The notes beneath the pieces are model-generated. The model worked only from the letters and a program-made list of their open reading frames with translations, made no database searches and was not told where the DNA came from. Positions 37,345 through 50,582 of a DNA stretch of 64,000 nt are shown here, in pieces. The stretch's first letter is position 1, and the number at the start of each line of letters is the position of its first letter. The position numbers were made by a program, and so were the translations under genes. The DNA is from Mobula hypostoma (taxonomy: Eukaryota): NCBI RefSeq assembly GCF_963921235.1, contig NC_086097.1, forward strand, positions 93,622,001-93,686,000, read 5' to 3'.

Positions 37345-39770
37345 TTCCTACACTGAAAAACCTAACATCATGAATGGCAGTGATGCTTCACTCACAGACG
37401 AGCTCAATGCCTTTTATGCATGCTTTGAAAAGGAGAAAAAATCTTCTCCTGTGCAAATCCCTGCAGCATCTGGTGACCCTGTGGTCCCTGTCTTGGAGGC
37501 CCACGTCAGAACATTTTCAAACAGATTGAACCCCTGCAAGACATCAGGCCCTAATAGTGTACCTGGTGTGGCTCTGAAAACCTGTGCCAACCAACTGGTG
37601 GGAGTGTTCAAGGATGTCTTCGATCTCTCCCTGCTGCAGTCAGAGGTTCCCAGCTGCTTCGAAAGGGTGATAAGGTGCCCAAGAGGAGCAGGGTGAGCTG
37701 ACTCAACAACCGACTCCCAGTAGCGCTCACATCTCCTGTGATGATGTGCGTCATGACAAGAATCATGACCAACCTCTCAAAGGTTGGCAGAATATAGTAT
37801 TAATGGTAACACTCTTGGCAGTGTGCAGGATCAGAGGGATCTTGGGGTCCAAGTCCATAGGACGCTCAAAGCAGCTGCACAGGTTGACTCTGTGGTTAAG
37901 AAGGCATACGGTGTATTGGCCTTCATCAATCGTGGAATTGAATTTAGGAGCCGATAGGTAATGTTGCAGCTATATAGGACCCTGGTCAGACCCCACCTGA
38001 AGTACTGTGCTCAGTTCTGGCTGCCTCACTACATGAAGGATGTGGAAACCACAGAAAGGGTGCAGAGGAGATTTACAAGGATGTTGCCTGGATTAGGGAG
38101 CATGCCTTATGAGAATAGGTTGAGTGAACTCAGGCCTTTTTTCCTTGGAGCGACGCAGGATGAGAGGTGACCTGATAGAGGTGTACAAGATGATGAGAGG
38201 CATTGATCGTGTGGATAGTCAGAGGCTTTTTCCCAGGGCTGAAATGGCTGCCACAAGGGCGCACAGGTTTAAGGTGCTGGGGGGTAGGTACAGAGGAGAT
38301 GTCAAGGGTAATTTTTTTACGCAGAGAATGATGAGTGTGTGGAACGGGCTGCCAGCAATGGTGGTGGAGGCGGATACGACGGGGTCTTTTAAGAGACTTT
38401 TGGATAGGTACATGGAGCTTAGAAAAATAGAGGGCTGTAGGTAAACCTAGTAATTTCTAAGGTAGGGAAATGTTCAGCACAACTTTGTGGGCCGAAGGGC
38501 CTTTATTCTGCCGTAGGTTTTCTAAGAATCATCTCGCACCCAAGTGAGGACCTAGACCTGCTGTAATTTCCTGTAACCACAATAGGTCTATAGCAGATGC
38601 AATCTCACTGACTCTCCACACAGCCTTGGATCAGCTGGGCAACAGCAATACCTATGTCAGGCAGCTGTTTATTAATTACAGCTCAGTGTTCAACACAATC
38701 ATACCCTCAGTACCAATCAACAAGCTCCAAAACCTGGGCTTCTGTCCCTCTCTCTGCAACTGGATCCTTGACTTCCTCACCAGAGACCACAGTCTGTGTA
38801 GATCAGAGATAGCATCTCCTCCTCGCTGACCATCAACACTGGTGCACCTCAGGGATATGTGCTTAGCCCACTGCTCTACTCTCTCCACACCCCATGACTG
38901 TGTGGCTAGGCACAGCTCAAACTCTATCTATAAATTTCCCAATGACACAACTATTGTAGGCAGAACTTCAGATGGTGACAAGGAGACGTACAGGAGCAAA
39001 GTAGATCAGCTGGTTGAATGCTGTCGCAGCAATAACCTTACACTCAATGTCAGTAAGACCGAAGAATTGTTTCTGGACTCCAAGTAGGGCAAGTCGAAGG
39101 AGCACACACCAGTCCTCATTGAAGAATCAGAAGTGAGCAGTTTCGAGTTCCTGGGTGTCAGCATTTCGAAGGATCTATTCTGGGCCCAACATATTGATGC
39201 AATTACAAAGAAGGCACAACAGCAGTTATATTTCATTAGGAGTTTGAAGAGAATTAGTATGTCACCACAGACACTTGCAAATTTCTACAGATGTACTGTG
39301 GAGAGCATTCTGACTGGTTGCATCACCGTCTGGCATGGAGGGAGCACTGCACATTGGAAAAAGCTGCAGAAAGCTGTAAACTCAGCCAGCTCCACAGTAT
39401 CCAGGACATCTTTAGAAGGCGATGCTTCAATAAGTTGGCATCCATCATTCAGGACTCCCATCACCCAGGACATGCCCTCTTCTCATTGCTACCATTAAAA
39501 AGGAGGTGCAGGAGCCTGAAGGCACACAGTCAACTTTTCAGGAACAATTTCCCCCCCTCCTTTATTAGATTTCTAAATGGACAGTGAACCCATGAACACT
39601 ACCTCAGTATTTTTTTCTTCCTTTTTGCACTAATGTAATTTGATTTTTGATTTTTATCTATACTTATTGTAATTTACAGGTTTTGTTATGATGTTCTGCA
39701 TTGTGCTGCTGCCACAAAACAACAAATTTCACAACATATGCCAGTGATACTAAACCTGATTCTGATACGG
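37345..39770 (+). mobile_element. Rex1/Babar LINE (RT region to 3' tail), interrupted by CR1
   Basis: [51 protein letters not shown]; tail AAACCTGATTCTGAT. Confidence 0.9.
37767..38523 (+). mobile_element. CR1 3' fragment nested in Rex1
   Basis: LYRTLVRPHLKYCAQFW; TSD AAGAATCAT at 37758-37766 and 38524-38532. Confidence 0.9.
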
Positions 39771-39794
39771 ATGGGTCTTTATCTCTGATCAGCA

Positions 39795-40240
39795 CACTAG
39801 CTCGGTGGCATGCTCCTCCTGCAGGCTGTGGGAGATCGGGGAGGCACCGCCAGCGTCCCTGAGGATTTCACCTGAGGAAGTGTGTCCGGCTGCAGCTCCT
39901 GACTGGCCATCCAAAGAAGCTGGAGTTGGAGATGGATGCACTCAGGATCATCTGAGATGCCAAGAGTTTCATAGATATGAGTTCTAACGAGCTGCTCACA
40001 GCTAAGGCACAGGCAGAAAGCGGTTAGCCAACCACTAGGAAAGGAAAACAGATTAGGCAAGTAGTGCATGATCCACCATGGCCAGTCCTCTTGAAAACAA
40101 GTACACTGTTTTGGATACTGTTGTGGGAAGGAGCGGGGTTTGTTGGGGAATAACCATTCAAGAGAAGCCAGATCTGTGGTGTCAGTCCTGGCTCAGGTTC
40201 AGCAAGTCAGAGACAGCAAAGTAAATAGGGGAATGGCCAG
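39795..40240 (+). mobile_element. CR1 ORF1 5' fragment (zinc finger/leucine zipper)
   Basis: ACSSCRLWE...C..LQLL...LELEMDALRII pattern. Confidence 0.65.
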
Positions 40241-40559
40241 GAGTGATTTCACTGCTAAACATCTGACAGATCAGGTGGATGAACTTGGATGGCTGTGTGG
40301 GTCCGGGATATTACAGCTATTACAGAACTGTGGCTAAGGGGGGTTTAGAAGGTTGTGGGGCAAATGCTGGCAAATGAGACAAGTTTGGATGGAGCATGTT
40401 GTCCACATGGGCCAATTGGGCTGAAGGGATTATTCGCGTGTTGTAGGACTTTGACCCTGTAACTCTACACCATTTGTTTGTAAGCTAACCAGGTGGAATA
40501 TGAGATGTTGCTCTTACGTCTTGGACGCTGTTTAACTTTTTGGAGAGTTGATCGCGCTG

Positions 40560-41290
40560 TACTCATTCAGACAAGTGGAGAGTATTTCATCATGCTTCTG
40601 ACTTGTGTCTCATAGATTGTGGAAAGGCTTTGAAGTGTAATAGGGAGAGTTGCCTGGTGCAGGATACCCAGCCTGTCCCTGTTCTGCACTCATCTGGATG
40701 GTGAAGTTGAGTTTCTGGTCAATGGAACCCCCAGGATATTGATGGTGGGGCACTTGACGTTGAAAACGAGTATATTGCTTTGGATACTGTTGTGGGGAGG
40801 AGAGTTTTTGCTGGGGAATAACCATTCAAGAGAAGGCAGCAGAACCCAGATCTGTGGCATCAGGACTGGCTCAGGTTCAGCGGAGAAGGGTGAAGACATA
40901 AAGGACTGTAGCGATAGAGGAGGTTCAGGGTTAGACTCTTTCTGGAGATAGTCATTGCCAGACACTTTTGTGATGTGAATATTAATTGTCTCTTTCGAGC
41001 CTGGTCTTGCATTGTGAAGACATTGCTGCTTTATGAGGAGTTGTGAATGGCACTGAACATTGTGGACTGATCAGTGAACATCCCCCACTTCTGACCTTAT
41101 GATGGAACGAAGGCCATTGATGAAACAGCCAAAACTCATGAGCCCAGAGCAACTCCTGCCGTGAAGTCCCAACCCTCGAATGATTGGCCCTCAGTGACCG
41201 CAACCATTTCCCATTGTGTGGAGAATGACTCCAGCCACCATTGTGCTCTTCGTTTGATGTTCGTTAACTTCAGTGTAACCAGGGCGTGTT
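40560..41290 (-). mobile_element. Degenerate CR1/L2-group LINE fragment
   Basis: Same family as 63290-63760 (CCCCACTTCTGACCTTATGATGGA..GGCCATTGATGAAACAG). Confidence 0.55.
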
Positions 41291-41359
41291 CAGAATCAGA
41301 ATCACGTTTATAATCTCTGACATTCAGTACAGTATGTTGTTTCATTTATTTATTTTTTA

Positions 41360-41635
41360 TTGAGACACAATGCAGAATAGGTCTTTCTGGCCCCTTGAGC
41401 CACACCGCTCAGCAATCCCTGATTTAACCCTACCTAATCACGGGACAGTTTACAATGACTAATTAACCTACCAACTGGAATACCTTTGGACTGCGGGAGG
41501 AAACCGGAGCACCCGCAGGAAACCCACGCGGTCACGGGGGGAGTGTTCAAACTCCTTACAAGCTGCGGCGGGAAATGAACCTGAGTCACTTATACTGCAA
41601 AGTTTTTGCTAACCGCTACACTACTGTGCTGCCCC
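41360..41635 (-). mobile_element. V-SINE
   Basis: GGGAGGAAACCGGAGCACCCGCAGGAAACCCACGCGGTCACGGGG, V-domain reverse complement. Confidence 0.85.
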
Positions 41636-42675
41636 AGCTGAAGTTGCTGCGGACGCAATGCAGAGTACTAACCACTATATGATCATGGCAGCAGCAGAAC
41701 AATGCAATACATGAAAAAAATTATTAGTTACGACCCAATAAATATATTTTAATGCTGCTTTCACGTCACGGGAGGTCACTCTCACTTCAGTTCTTTGGTC
41801 CAAGACTGTGATCAGGTCTGCAGATCAGTGGCCCCGTAAAACACACACTGGGTGTTGCTGGGCAGGTTATTAGGGAGAGAATGTTGTTGTTATTTAAATG
41901 TGGGAAACATAGCAGCCAGTTCCTGCACAGTAGGGTTTAACAATATCTTTGCAAAATATTTGAGGGTGTGTCAAAGGATCTTCCCTGCCCAATGAGATCT
42001 GGGGCCTGGTTTTAATACCTGACGCAAAGTCACTGGCACTATCAGCCTAATTGTTATGAGTCTCGGACAACAAGGTAACTCAGAAGCGAGGAAGTTACTT
42101 CCCGAGCTACATATAGCACTACTGGATGATTCTTCTGTAACACAAGCTCTGTGCAGAAGAGCAGCCCTCTCTAATTACAGTAGCGTGGCCCAGTGTGTGA
42201 CTGCAAGGGAGAATTTCCAATTGTTGCTATTTTGTCATTGTGTCCCATCGTCAAAAATAACTTTGCATTCTGCACTTGCCTGTCATTCCAAGAAGAGAAA
42301 GAAAGCAGCCTTCTATGGAAATCACTGTAATTAGCACCGATAGCATCCATCCTTCTGAATTTTAATAGCTGCAATTAAGTGCTGGATTGGCATTAACACC
42401 AGAACAGTAATCACAAGATCTTTCTCTGTGGTGCATTTGCGGTGTCTGCATTGACTTCGAAAAGCCAGGGGTTCCTTCTGGTGATGTCGTGGTGGTCCAG
42501 TAGGCAAAGACCTAGAGTGCTGGAAACACTCAGCAGGTCAGGTGACATCTGAGAAGAGAGAAACACAGTTAACACTTCAGATTGAAGGCCCTATGTTAAA
42601 ATGGATAAAAAAGAAAAATGTTGCTTTTCACTTGCAGAGGATTTGGGGGTGGGGGGAGATAGAACAAAGGGAATA

Positions 42676-43423
42676 CAGTGGATTCTGGTTAATTGGGACA
42701 CATCAGGACCAGTCCATTTTGCTCTAATTAAGTGGCTGTCCCAATTAGCTGTAGTTTCATGGAAATAATTAAAAAGATATAAAAAAGACAAACTGAGTAA
42801 CAAATTATGTATTTAAATGAAATGTAGAATGAATTAGAACACTACCAATACTACAACAGTACTGTAGAACTGTGTATTAGCTCCTAATATTTATCTGTGG
42901 AGGAATTTATCTGTGTTGTGTTCTCCTGACTGTAAATGAACAAAATCAGTGCAGACGTATAGTGTAGATAATGGGCTGCCTTCATGCAGTGCTTTCAATG
43001 AATGTTGATACTTCAAATTCTTCATAGTTCCTAACTTGTTGAAGTAGTGAAATTGTTTCATTTTTGCTCCCAGCCATTTCTGGCATCTCCAAGCCTGAAT
43101 ACTTGAAACTGCAGTGAGCAAAACAGTTCTGAATTGTTGTACTGCTTATTTCTGGCCAACTATTAGTGACAAATATCACTGGTTTTTGAACACAAACACA
43201 TGAAACCAATGCTATTTAAAAACTGTTCGCTCACAGTGTTGTGCCTGATGGCCATGCTAATGTACATGACTGTCTCCTGTCCCAATTAAGCATCCCAAAT
43301 AAATGAATTTTAAACCAAACAAATGAAAAATGGCTTTTCTCTTTTAGTTTTTGTTCTTTAAGAGTTGTCCCAAATTAACAGCTGCCCCGATTAACAGATG
43401 GCCCAGTTAACCAGAATCTACTG
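42676..43423 (-). mobile_element. pogo/Tigger-derived non-autonomous element
   Basis: TIRs CAGTGGATTCTGGTTAATTGGG / CCCAGTTAACCAGAATCTACTG, TA TSDs; remnant SWPEISSTTIQNCFAHCSF. Confidence 0.9.
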
Positions 43424-43844
43424 TATATGTAATCAGGTTAGGCTTTGTGGTAAGCAGTGATGGATAGGTTAATGGCAGCAGTTAGAGTGTGCTAATACAG
43501 AGAAAGGAGTGTAGAGCTGTGAAGGGCTTTCAGACATACCTAGCAGAAAGCTCTCCAGTATGTAGTGTTGTGAAGGGGAGGCGAGGGGAGAGGCTGACTG
43601 AGTATAATGAAAACCTGACCTGAACATGGCCGACTAAATCCTCCAGCACCCCAACACCACTAGTTTGAAAACTCAGCCGAGGCAAACCTCCCTGAGATAT
43701 CTTGCCAGGTCCAGGCCAGGTCTGGGCTTGGTGGTCAGACGGTTATCAAGAGCCAGGGTTCCCTTTTCCTGGTTTTGTAATTACTTCTGGGTTCTCACCA
43801 GCATAATTTCATCCATTTGCTGCACTAGTCAGAAAATGCTGACA

Positions 43845-45030
43845 CCGTAAGACATTGGAGCAGAATTAGGCCATTTTGCCCACTGAGTCTGCTCTCCACT
43901 CAATCATGACTGATTTATTTTACCTCTCAACACCATCCTCCTGCCTTCTCCACATAATCTTTAATGCTTTCACTAATCAATAACCTACGTATCAACCACC
44001 ACTTTAAATATACCAAATAACTTGAATTCCACAGCCGTCTTGGCAAAGAATTCCATAGATTCACCACTCTCTGGCTAAAGAGTTTTCTCCTCATCTCTGT
44101 TCTAAAGGCATATCTTTCTATCTGGAGGCTGTGCCTCTGGTCCTGGACTCTCCCACTAATGGAAACATCCTCTCCATGCTCACTCTATCAAGGCGTTTCA
44201 ATATTTGGTACATTTCAATGAGATCCCCCTTCTTCTAAGCTCCAGCGACTACAGGCCCAGAACCATAAAACGCTCCTCATATTCCAATACTTCCACTCCC
44301 CGGATCATTCTTGTAAACCTCCTCTGTACACCTCCATTGCCAGCATGTCCTTTCTTAGATATGGGGCCAAAAACTGTGGACAATACACCAAATGAAGTCT
44401 GACTAATGCTTCGCAAAGTATCAGCATTACATCTTCCTTTTACATTCTAGTACTCTTGAAACGAATGTTAACATTACATTTGCCATTCTTTCAACTGACC
44501 CAACCTGCAATTTAAGGAATCCTGCACAAGCTCCTCCCAAGTCCTTTGCACCTCTGATTTCTGAATTTGCTCCCCATTTAGAAACTAGTCTACACGTTTA
44601 TTCCTTCTATCAAAGTGCATGACCATACACTTCCCTTAACTGTATTCCATCAACCATTTCGTTGCGTATTCTCCTAATCTGTCCAAATCCTTTTGCAGAT
44701 TCCCTTCTTTTTCAACTTTATCTGCCCCTCCATCTATCTTTGTATCATCTGCAAACTTGGCCACAAAGCCATCAATTCAGTTATCTAAATTATTAACATA
44801 TAATGTGCAAAGAAGCACCCCCTACACCGATCCCTGTGGAACACCAATGGTCATCAGCAGTCTACCAGAGAAGGCCCTCTTTATTCCCACTCTGCATTTT
44901 GCCAACCAGCCGATCTTCTGTGCAATGCTAGTATCTTTCCTGTAATATCAGGGCTCTTGTTAAGCAGCCTCACGCGCAGCACCTTTTCAAAATCCTTCAG
45001 AAAATCCAAATGAACAATATCCACTGATTT
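43845..45030 (-). mobile_element. CR1 LINE 3' portion
   Basis: Same subfamily as 30911-32640. Confidence 0.88.
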
Positions 45031-45039
45031 GCCTATTGA

Positions 45040-45147
45040 GAGAGCTTAGATGCTGGAGTCTGCAGCATCAAACCTAATGCTGGAGGAACCCAGCAGGCCA
45101 GGCAGCATCTGTAGAGGCAAATGAACAGTCAGCTTTTCAGGTCAGGG
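45040..45147 (-). mobile_element. Degenerate PLE tail fragment
   Basis: AGATGCTGG...ATGCTGGAGGAACCCAGCAGGCCAGGCAGCATCT. Confidence 0.65.
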
Positions 45148-45903
45148 TGCAGTATTGGTTTTGACATCCTGACTTCGCCTGTCTGCTCCACCTCAAGTTG
45201 TCGGACTGCATGCATGGTGACCGAGTGGATCAACAGGAATGGCGAGCCCTTTGTCTTCAACAACAGCCATAGATGCCTCTGATGCTATCCTCACCCTAAC
45301 AGCTGTCTGTATCAGAGCCGTACCTTTTCGCGAGCTGGCGGTGTTTTCACTTTGGATGAATTTGTTCCCATGCACTGGTAACATCTCTAAAGTTACTGTT
45401 TTTACATCATTAGCAGGATCTGTCTCTTGTCGCTGCTTCAACTGGTATATCCAAGCCTTTGATATCACCAGATGAACCAGCATCAAAACACATTTAATTT
45501 GTCTTCCTTTTTGATTACAACAACCTGTTTCCCTCTGTGATCTTTCCTCTCCCTTCTTATTCTGCATCAGAGGGTTTCAGAATGTGCACACAGCAGTGGA
45601 GGTCACAAATGCTGATTCAACGGGTCATGTTCATCAGATACTCTCACTTTTCCAGGTTGGAGATTATCTGATTAACAAATGCTAATCACGCCATGGGGTG
45701 GCATGGTAGTGTAGAGGTTAGTCCAGATGACCCAGCTTCAACTCCCAGTGTAATTCCCACCGTGACCAGGTAGTTTTTCTCCCACAGTCCGAAGGCGTAC
45801 GTTGGAAGGTTAATTGGTCGTTGAAAACTGGCCTGAGATTAGGCTCGGATTAAATTGAAGGTTGCTGGGCAGTGTGGCTTGAAGGGCCAGAAAGGACTAT
45901 TCC

Positions 45904-46629
45904 TGTTACACAGAGTGACTGAAGCGAACCCAAGTGCAGGACACTGAACTTGACTTGACATGGAGACGGACTTGGACATGACTTGGATTCGGAGCCAGGA
46001 CTTGGAATGGGACTTGACCTGGACACGAAGCCTTGACTGGGACTGGACACTCGGAGCCTCGACTGGGACTGGACACTCGGAGCCTCGACTTGGACTGGAC
46101 ACTCGGAGCCTCAACTTGGACTGGACACTCGGAGCCTCGACTTGGACTGAGGCTCAGAGCCAACAAAACAAAACAAAGACAGACCACTCACATCCCGGCT
46201 AGGAGCAGCAGCAAAATAGCCGGCAACACTCAGCTGGACACGAGATGACAAAAACAAACAACAGACAAAATGTATTTTGACATGGAGAAGCTCATAAAGA
46301 TGGTCCCTTATTTTTGGCAGCTCAGAAAACGGTCCCTTATTCCTGGCGGCTTAGAACATTCATCGTCGCCCAGGCTACGGTGATGGACCGGCCTCTTGAC
46401 TCGACCCAGGAACTGCGGACGGCAGGCTCTCGACTGGACTCATTCTCGGTGGCCCGGACTGAGCATAGCCGCCCTGCTGAGGTGACGAACCAGCACCGAG
46501 TCGACGTAAGCCAGCGCTTTCATGCTGACCCGTTGGAATGAGGATCAGGTGGCCTAATCAAGGAGCCCAGTGGAACACGGGGAAAAGGAAATTAGCTGAA
46601 GCAAGGAGTCAACAGACCAGACCATAACA
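45904..46629. mobile_element. Solo LTR (726 bp), LTR retrotransposon
   Basis: TGTTA...TAACA termini; perfect 5-bp TSD ATTCC (45899-45903, 46630-46634). Confidence 0.85.
45945..46150. repeat. Degenerate GGACTT hexamer grading into a 26-bp tandem (GACTGGGACTGGACACTCGGAGCCTC) inside the LTR
   Basis: Direct periodicity. Confidence 0.9.
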
Positions 46630-46962
46630 ATTCCACGCTGTAGCTCAATAAATTAATAAATAAATAAATGTTGATGAAAATAGTGCGTGGTAGAATCAGG
46701 GGGTGGGGGGGTAGAGTGGAAAGTGAGTTCTGAGGGGAGAGTAGTTGGGGGGAAAGAATAAAATGGGAATCTTGCAGGATGTATGGAACGGGGGATTCAG
46801 TGGGTCAGTGTTTCAGCATTGTGTGAATCTAAACAACAAGCTGGCAGTAGAAGAGTTAAGTAGATAAACATTGAGTATGATGGGACATAGAGAAAAATAA
46901 AATATTTTTAAGTAGTGAGAAATAATTATATGTTGGATTCAGAGGATTTTTATGCCTCTGTA

Positions 46963-47040
46963 CAGTGTTGCGCAAAGGTCTTGGGCACGTACCTGTATAT
47001 GGTGTATAGCTAGGGTGCCTAAGACTTTTGCACAGTACTG
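46963..47040. mobile_element. Tc1-type palindromic micro-MITE
   Basis: CAGTGTTGCGCAAAGGTCTTGGGCAC ... GTGCCTAAGACTTTTGCACAGTACTG. Confidence 0.75.
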
Positions 47041-47260
47041 TGTATGATGTCATTCCAGTTACCAAATACCACTTAATACTACTGAGCTAATACAAAACTA
47101 ACTACTCTTATTTCTGTTTCCCAACCACCTTCCTATTTTAACCAATATACAGTGCTGTGAAGTCTGTGTACTGGTATGTTGGCCTTTCTTTGTACAGGGG
47201 TTAGGTGCAGTCACACCTGCAGCACAGTGCAATGTTTGGTTCTTCGTGCCTTTGGAAGTA

Positions 47261-49530
47261 CAGTGCATTCCGATTAATTGGTTAAAGTGGGGCAGCTACT
47301 TATTTGACCCAACTCCTAAAGAACAAAAACTAATTGACAGGATAGTTCTGCCGAAGGCTTTTGGCGCAAAACAATGACTGTACTCTTTTGCATACATGCT
47401 GCCTGGCCTGTTGAGTTCCTCCAGCATTTTGCGACAATCTATGTTCCGTGCCTATTCTGGTATCTGTCCCCCACTTTTCCTTCGCTATATCGACGACTGC
47501 ATTGGCGCTGCTTCCTGCACGCATGCAGAACTCGTTGACTTTATTAACTTTGCCTCCAACTTTCACCCTTCCCTCAAGTTTACCTGGTCTATTTCCGACA
47601 CCTCCCTCCCCTTTCTAGATCTTTCTGTCTCTGTCTCTGGAGACAGCTTATCCACTGATGTCTACTATAAGCCTACTGACTCTCACAGCTATCTGGACTA
47701 TTCCTCTTCTCACCCTGTCTCTTGCAAAAACGCCATCCCCTTCTCGCAATTCCTCCGTCTCCGCCGCATCTGCTCTCAGGATGAGGTTTTTCATTCTAGG
47801 ACGAGGGAGATGTCTTCATTTTTTAAAGAAAGGGGCTTCCCTTCCTCCACCATCAACTCTGCTCTTAAACACATCTCCTCCATTTCACGTACATCTGCTC
47901 TCACTCCATCCTCCCACCACCCCACTAGGAATAGGGTTCCCCTGGTCCTCACCTACCACCCCACCAGCCTCCGGGTCCAACATATTATTCACCGTAACTT
48001 CCGCCACCTCCAACGGGATCCCACCACTAAGCACATCTTTCCCTCCCCCCTCTCTCTGCATTCCGCAGGGATCGCTCCCTACACAACTCCCTTGTCCATT
48101 CGTCCCCCCCATCCCTCCCCACTGATCTCCCTCCTGGCACTTATCCGTGTAAGCGGAACAAGTGCTACACATGCCCTTACACTTCCTCCCTTACCACCAT
48201 TCAGGGCCCCAGACAGTCCTTCCAGGTGAGGCATCACTTCACCTGTGAGTCGACTGGGGTGATATACTGCGTCCGGTGCTCCCGATGTGGCCTTTTATAT
48301 ATTGGTGAGACCCGACGCAGACTGGGAGACCGCTTTGCTGAACATCTACGCTCTGTCCGCCAGAGAAAGCAGGATCTCCCAGTGGCCACACATTTTAATT
48401 CCATGTCCCATTCCCATTCTGACATGTCTATCCACGGCCTCCTCTACTGTAAAGATGAAGCCACACTCATGTTGGAGGAACAACACCTTATATTCCGTCT
48501 GGGTAGCCTCCAACCTGATGGCATGAACATTGACTTCTCTAACTTCCACTAGGCCCCACCTCCCCCTCGTACCCCAGCTGTTACTCATTTTTATGCACAC
48601 ATTCTTTCTCTCACTCTCCTTTTTCTCCCTCTGTCCCTCTGAATATACCTCTTGCCCATCCTCTGGGTCACCCCCCCCCGTCTTTCTTCCCGGACCTCCT
48701 GTCCCATGATCCTCTCGTATCCCCTTTTGCCTATCACCTGTCCAGCTCTCGGCTCTATCCCTCCCCCTCCTGTCTTCTCCTATCATTTTGCATCTCCCCC
48801 TCCCCCTCCAGCTTTCAAATCCCTTACTCACTCTTCCTTCAGTTAGTCCTGACGAAGGATCTCGGCCTGAAACGTTGACTGCGCCTCTTCCTATAGATGC
48901 TGCTTGGCCTGCTGCGTTCACCAGCAACTTTGATGTATGTTGCTGGGATTCTCTTTGTTTATTTGGGACACTATGCTGCTGAATTGGGGCAGGAGACAGT
49001 TGGAGAACAGTTTCTAACTAGCATCAGTCGCATGCACTGTGTGGCCATTAGACACTACACTGTGCTTTGGGTGAACAGCTTTTAAATCGTGTCAGTTGCT
49101 TATGTTTGTGTTCAAAAAGCAGTGATTTTTGTCAGTACTAGAACTAAGGAGTAAGACAATTCTGAACTGTTTTGCTCACTGCGGTTTCAAGCATTCAGTC
49201 ACGGAGATGCCAGAAACAGCTGGGAGTGAAAATGAAACGATTTCATTACATCAACAGGTCAGGAACTATGAAGAATTTCAAGGTATCAACAATCTTGAAT
49301 GTTACAATGAAACTGATAACTATGAGGAATTAAATCGTAGTTTTATAGTCTGTAGTAATATTGAAAGTGTTCCAGTTTGTTCTTTTTTTTCATTTAAATA
49401 CATAATTTTATTAATTAAACAGTAATAAATACCTTTTTAACTATTTCCATGAAACTTTGGCTAATTGAGGCAGTTATTTATTTGAGCCAAAATATTCAAG
49501 TGTGTCCTGATGTGTTCCAATTAACTATCT
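47261..49530 (+). mobile_element. Second Tigger-derived element, split by a PLE insertion
   Basis: TA-CAGTGCATTCCGATTAATTGG start; resumes near 48944; peptide TILNCFAHCGF; ends CCAATTAAC near 49525. Confidence 0.8.
47433..48943 (+). mobile_element. 5'-truncated young Penelope-like element (RT C-half, GIY-YIG, 3' UTR with hammerhead at 48844-48881)
   Basis: Near-identical to 61770-63280: RYIDD, LPFLDL, VIYCVRCSRCGLLYIGET. Confidence 0.96.
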
Positions 49531-50582
49531 ATGCATATTAACATGCGTACAGAATAAAGCAAGGTAAATGTTGTCCAATAAGGGCTGGGATAGAAGGGCT
49601 TGGAAGAGTGAAAGGTGACCTCATCGTAACATGCTGAGGGAGCTTGAAAGAGAATTTTTTTCACTCTGATCAGGGCAGAATACAATCACCCTTGAGCCTA
49701 GGAGCTAGCCCATTTCTGGAGCCAGTTAAGCCTCAGTCAGTCGTGTTGTGGCTCAGGTCAGACTGCATTCCCTCAAGGATATTTTTGAAGCAGTTGGACA
49801 TTCTTCTCAACAGTCTGCTCAGCTTAATACAAGAACACAGGGGAATGGGAGCTGTAGCAGGCCATTTGGCCCCTCAAGCATGTCCCACCATTCAATGTGA
49901 TCATGGCTGATCAGCCCTAGGCATTAACTTGTCTTCTATTCCAATTTTACATAGCCCTCAATCTTTCAAAAATTTATCAAACTCCTCTGTAAAACCATCT
50001 GTGATACAATGTCCGCAATTCAGGGTGGAGAATTTCAGAGGTTCACAGTTGCTGCTATCTGTTAGCTTCCTCCAGTAAAGTCCTCGATGAAATTTGGGAC
50101 TTTAAACTCATGGAATTTAAACTCGTGTTTGTGAATAACTCCCGGCCTTTATATTGGCATCACAAGCAGCTAATGATGCTTCCTCGTCTCCACTCAAGAA
50201 GTTGTTGACATTGGCTCGAGCGTCAGGTAAAAGGTGCTGTAGGTTTCAGTTGATGCATCAAGCATGTGGGACTGAGTTAAATAGCTCAGGGGCTTGTAAA
50301 TCTTCAGAGTTTCCCATCCTAGAATGCCGTAAACTCAAGATAGATAGCTTCTTTTGTCATGAGAAACGGGCAAAGTGCAGAGCTGAAATTAAGAATGTTG
50401 TGATCGTTCCACATGATAGGGCAAACCTGGAGCTTTACCTGTCCATCTTTTGTCTTTGAAGTTCAGTCCTGTGAACTCTCTCTGTTCCTCTGTCTCTGAT
50501 CTCCCTTGCACACTTCACATTTTAATCCCTCCTCTCATGGACCCTCAGATGCTAAAGTCTTAATGTCTACTATTTCCTTCTA

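Larger units (their letters stand above)
45695..46670 (+). mobile_element. V-SINE-like element split by a solo LTR
   Basis: Head and body at 45695-45903; tail ATTCCACGCTGTAGCTCAATAAAT.. resumes at 46630. Confidence 0.65.

Noticed and set aside
45193..45567. 124-aa minus-strand ORF in unique-looking sequence
   Set aside because: No recognisable domain or convincing splice context.
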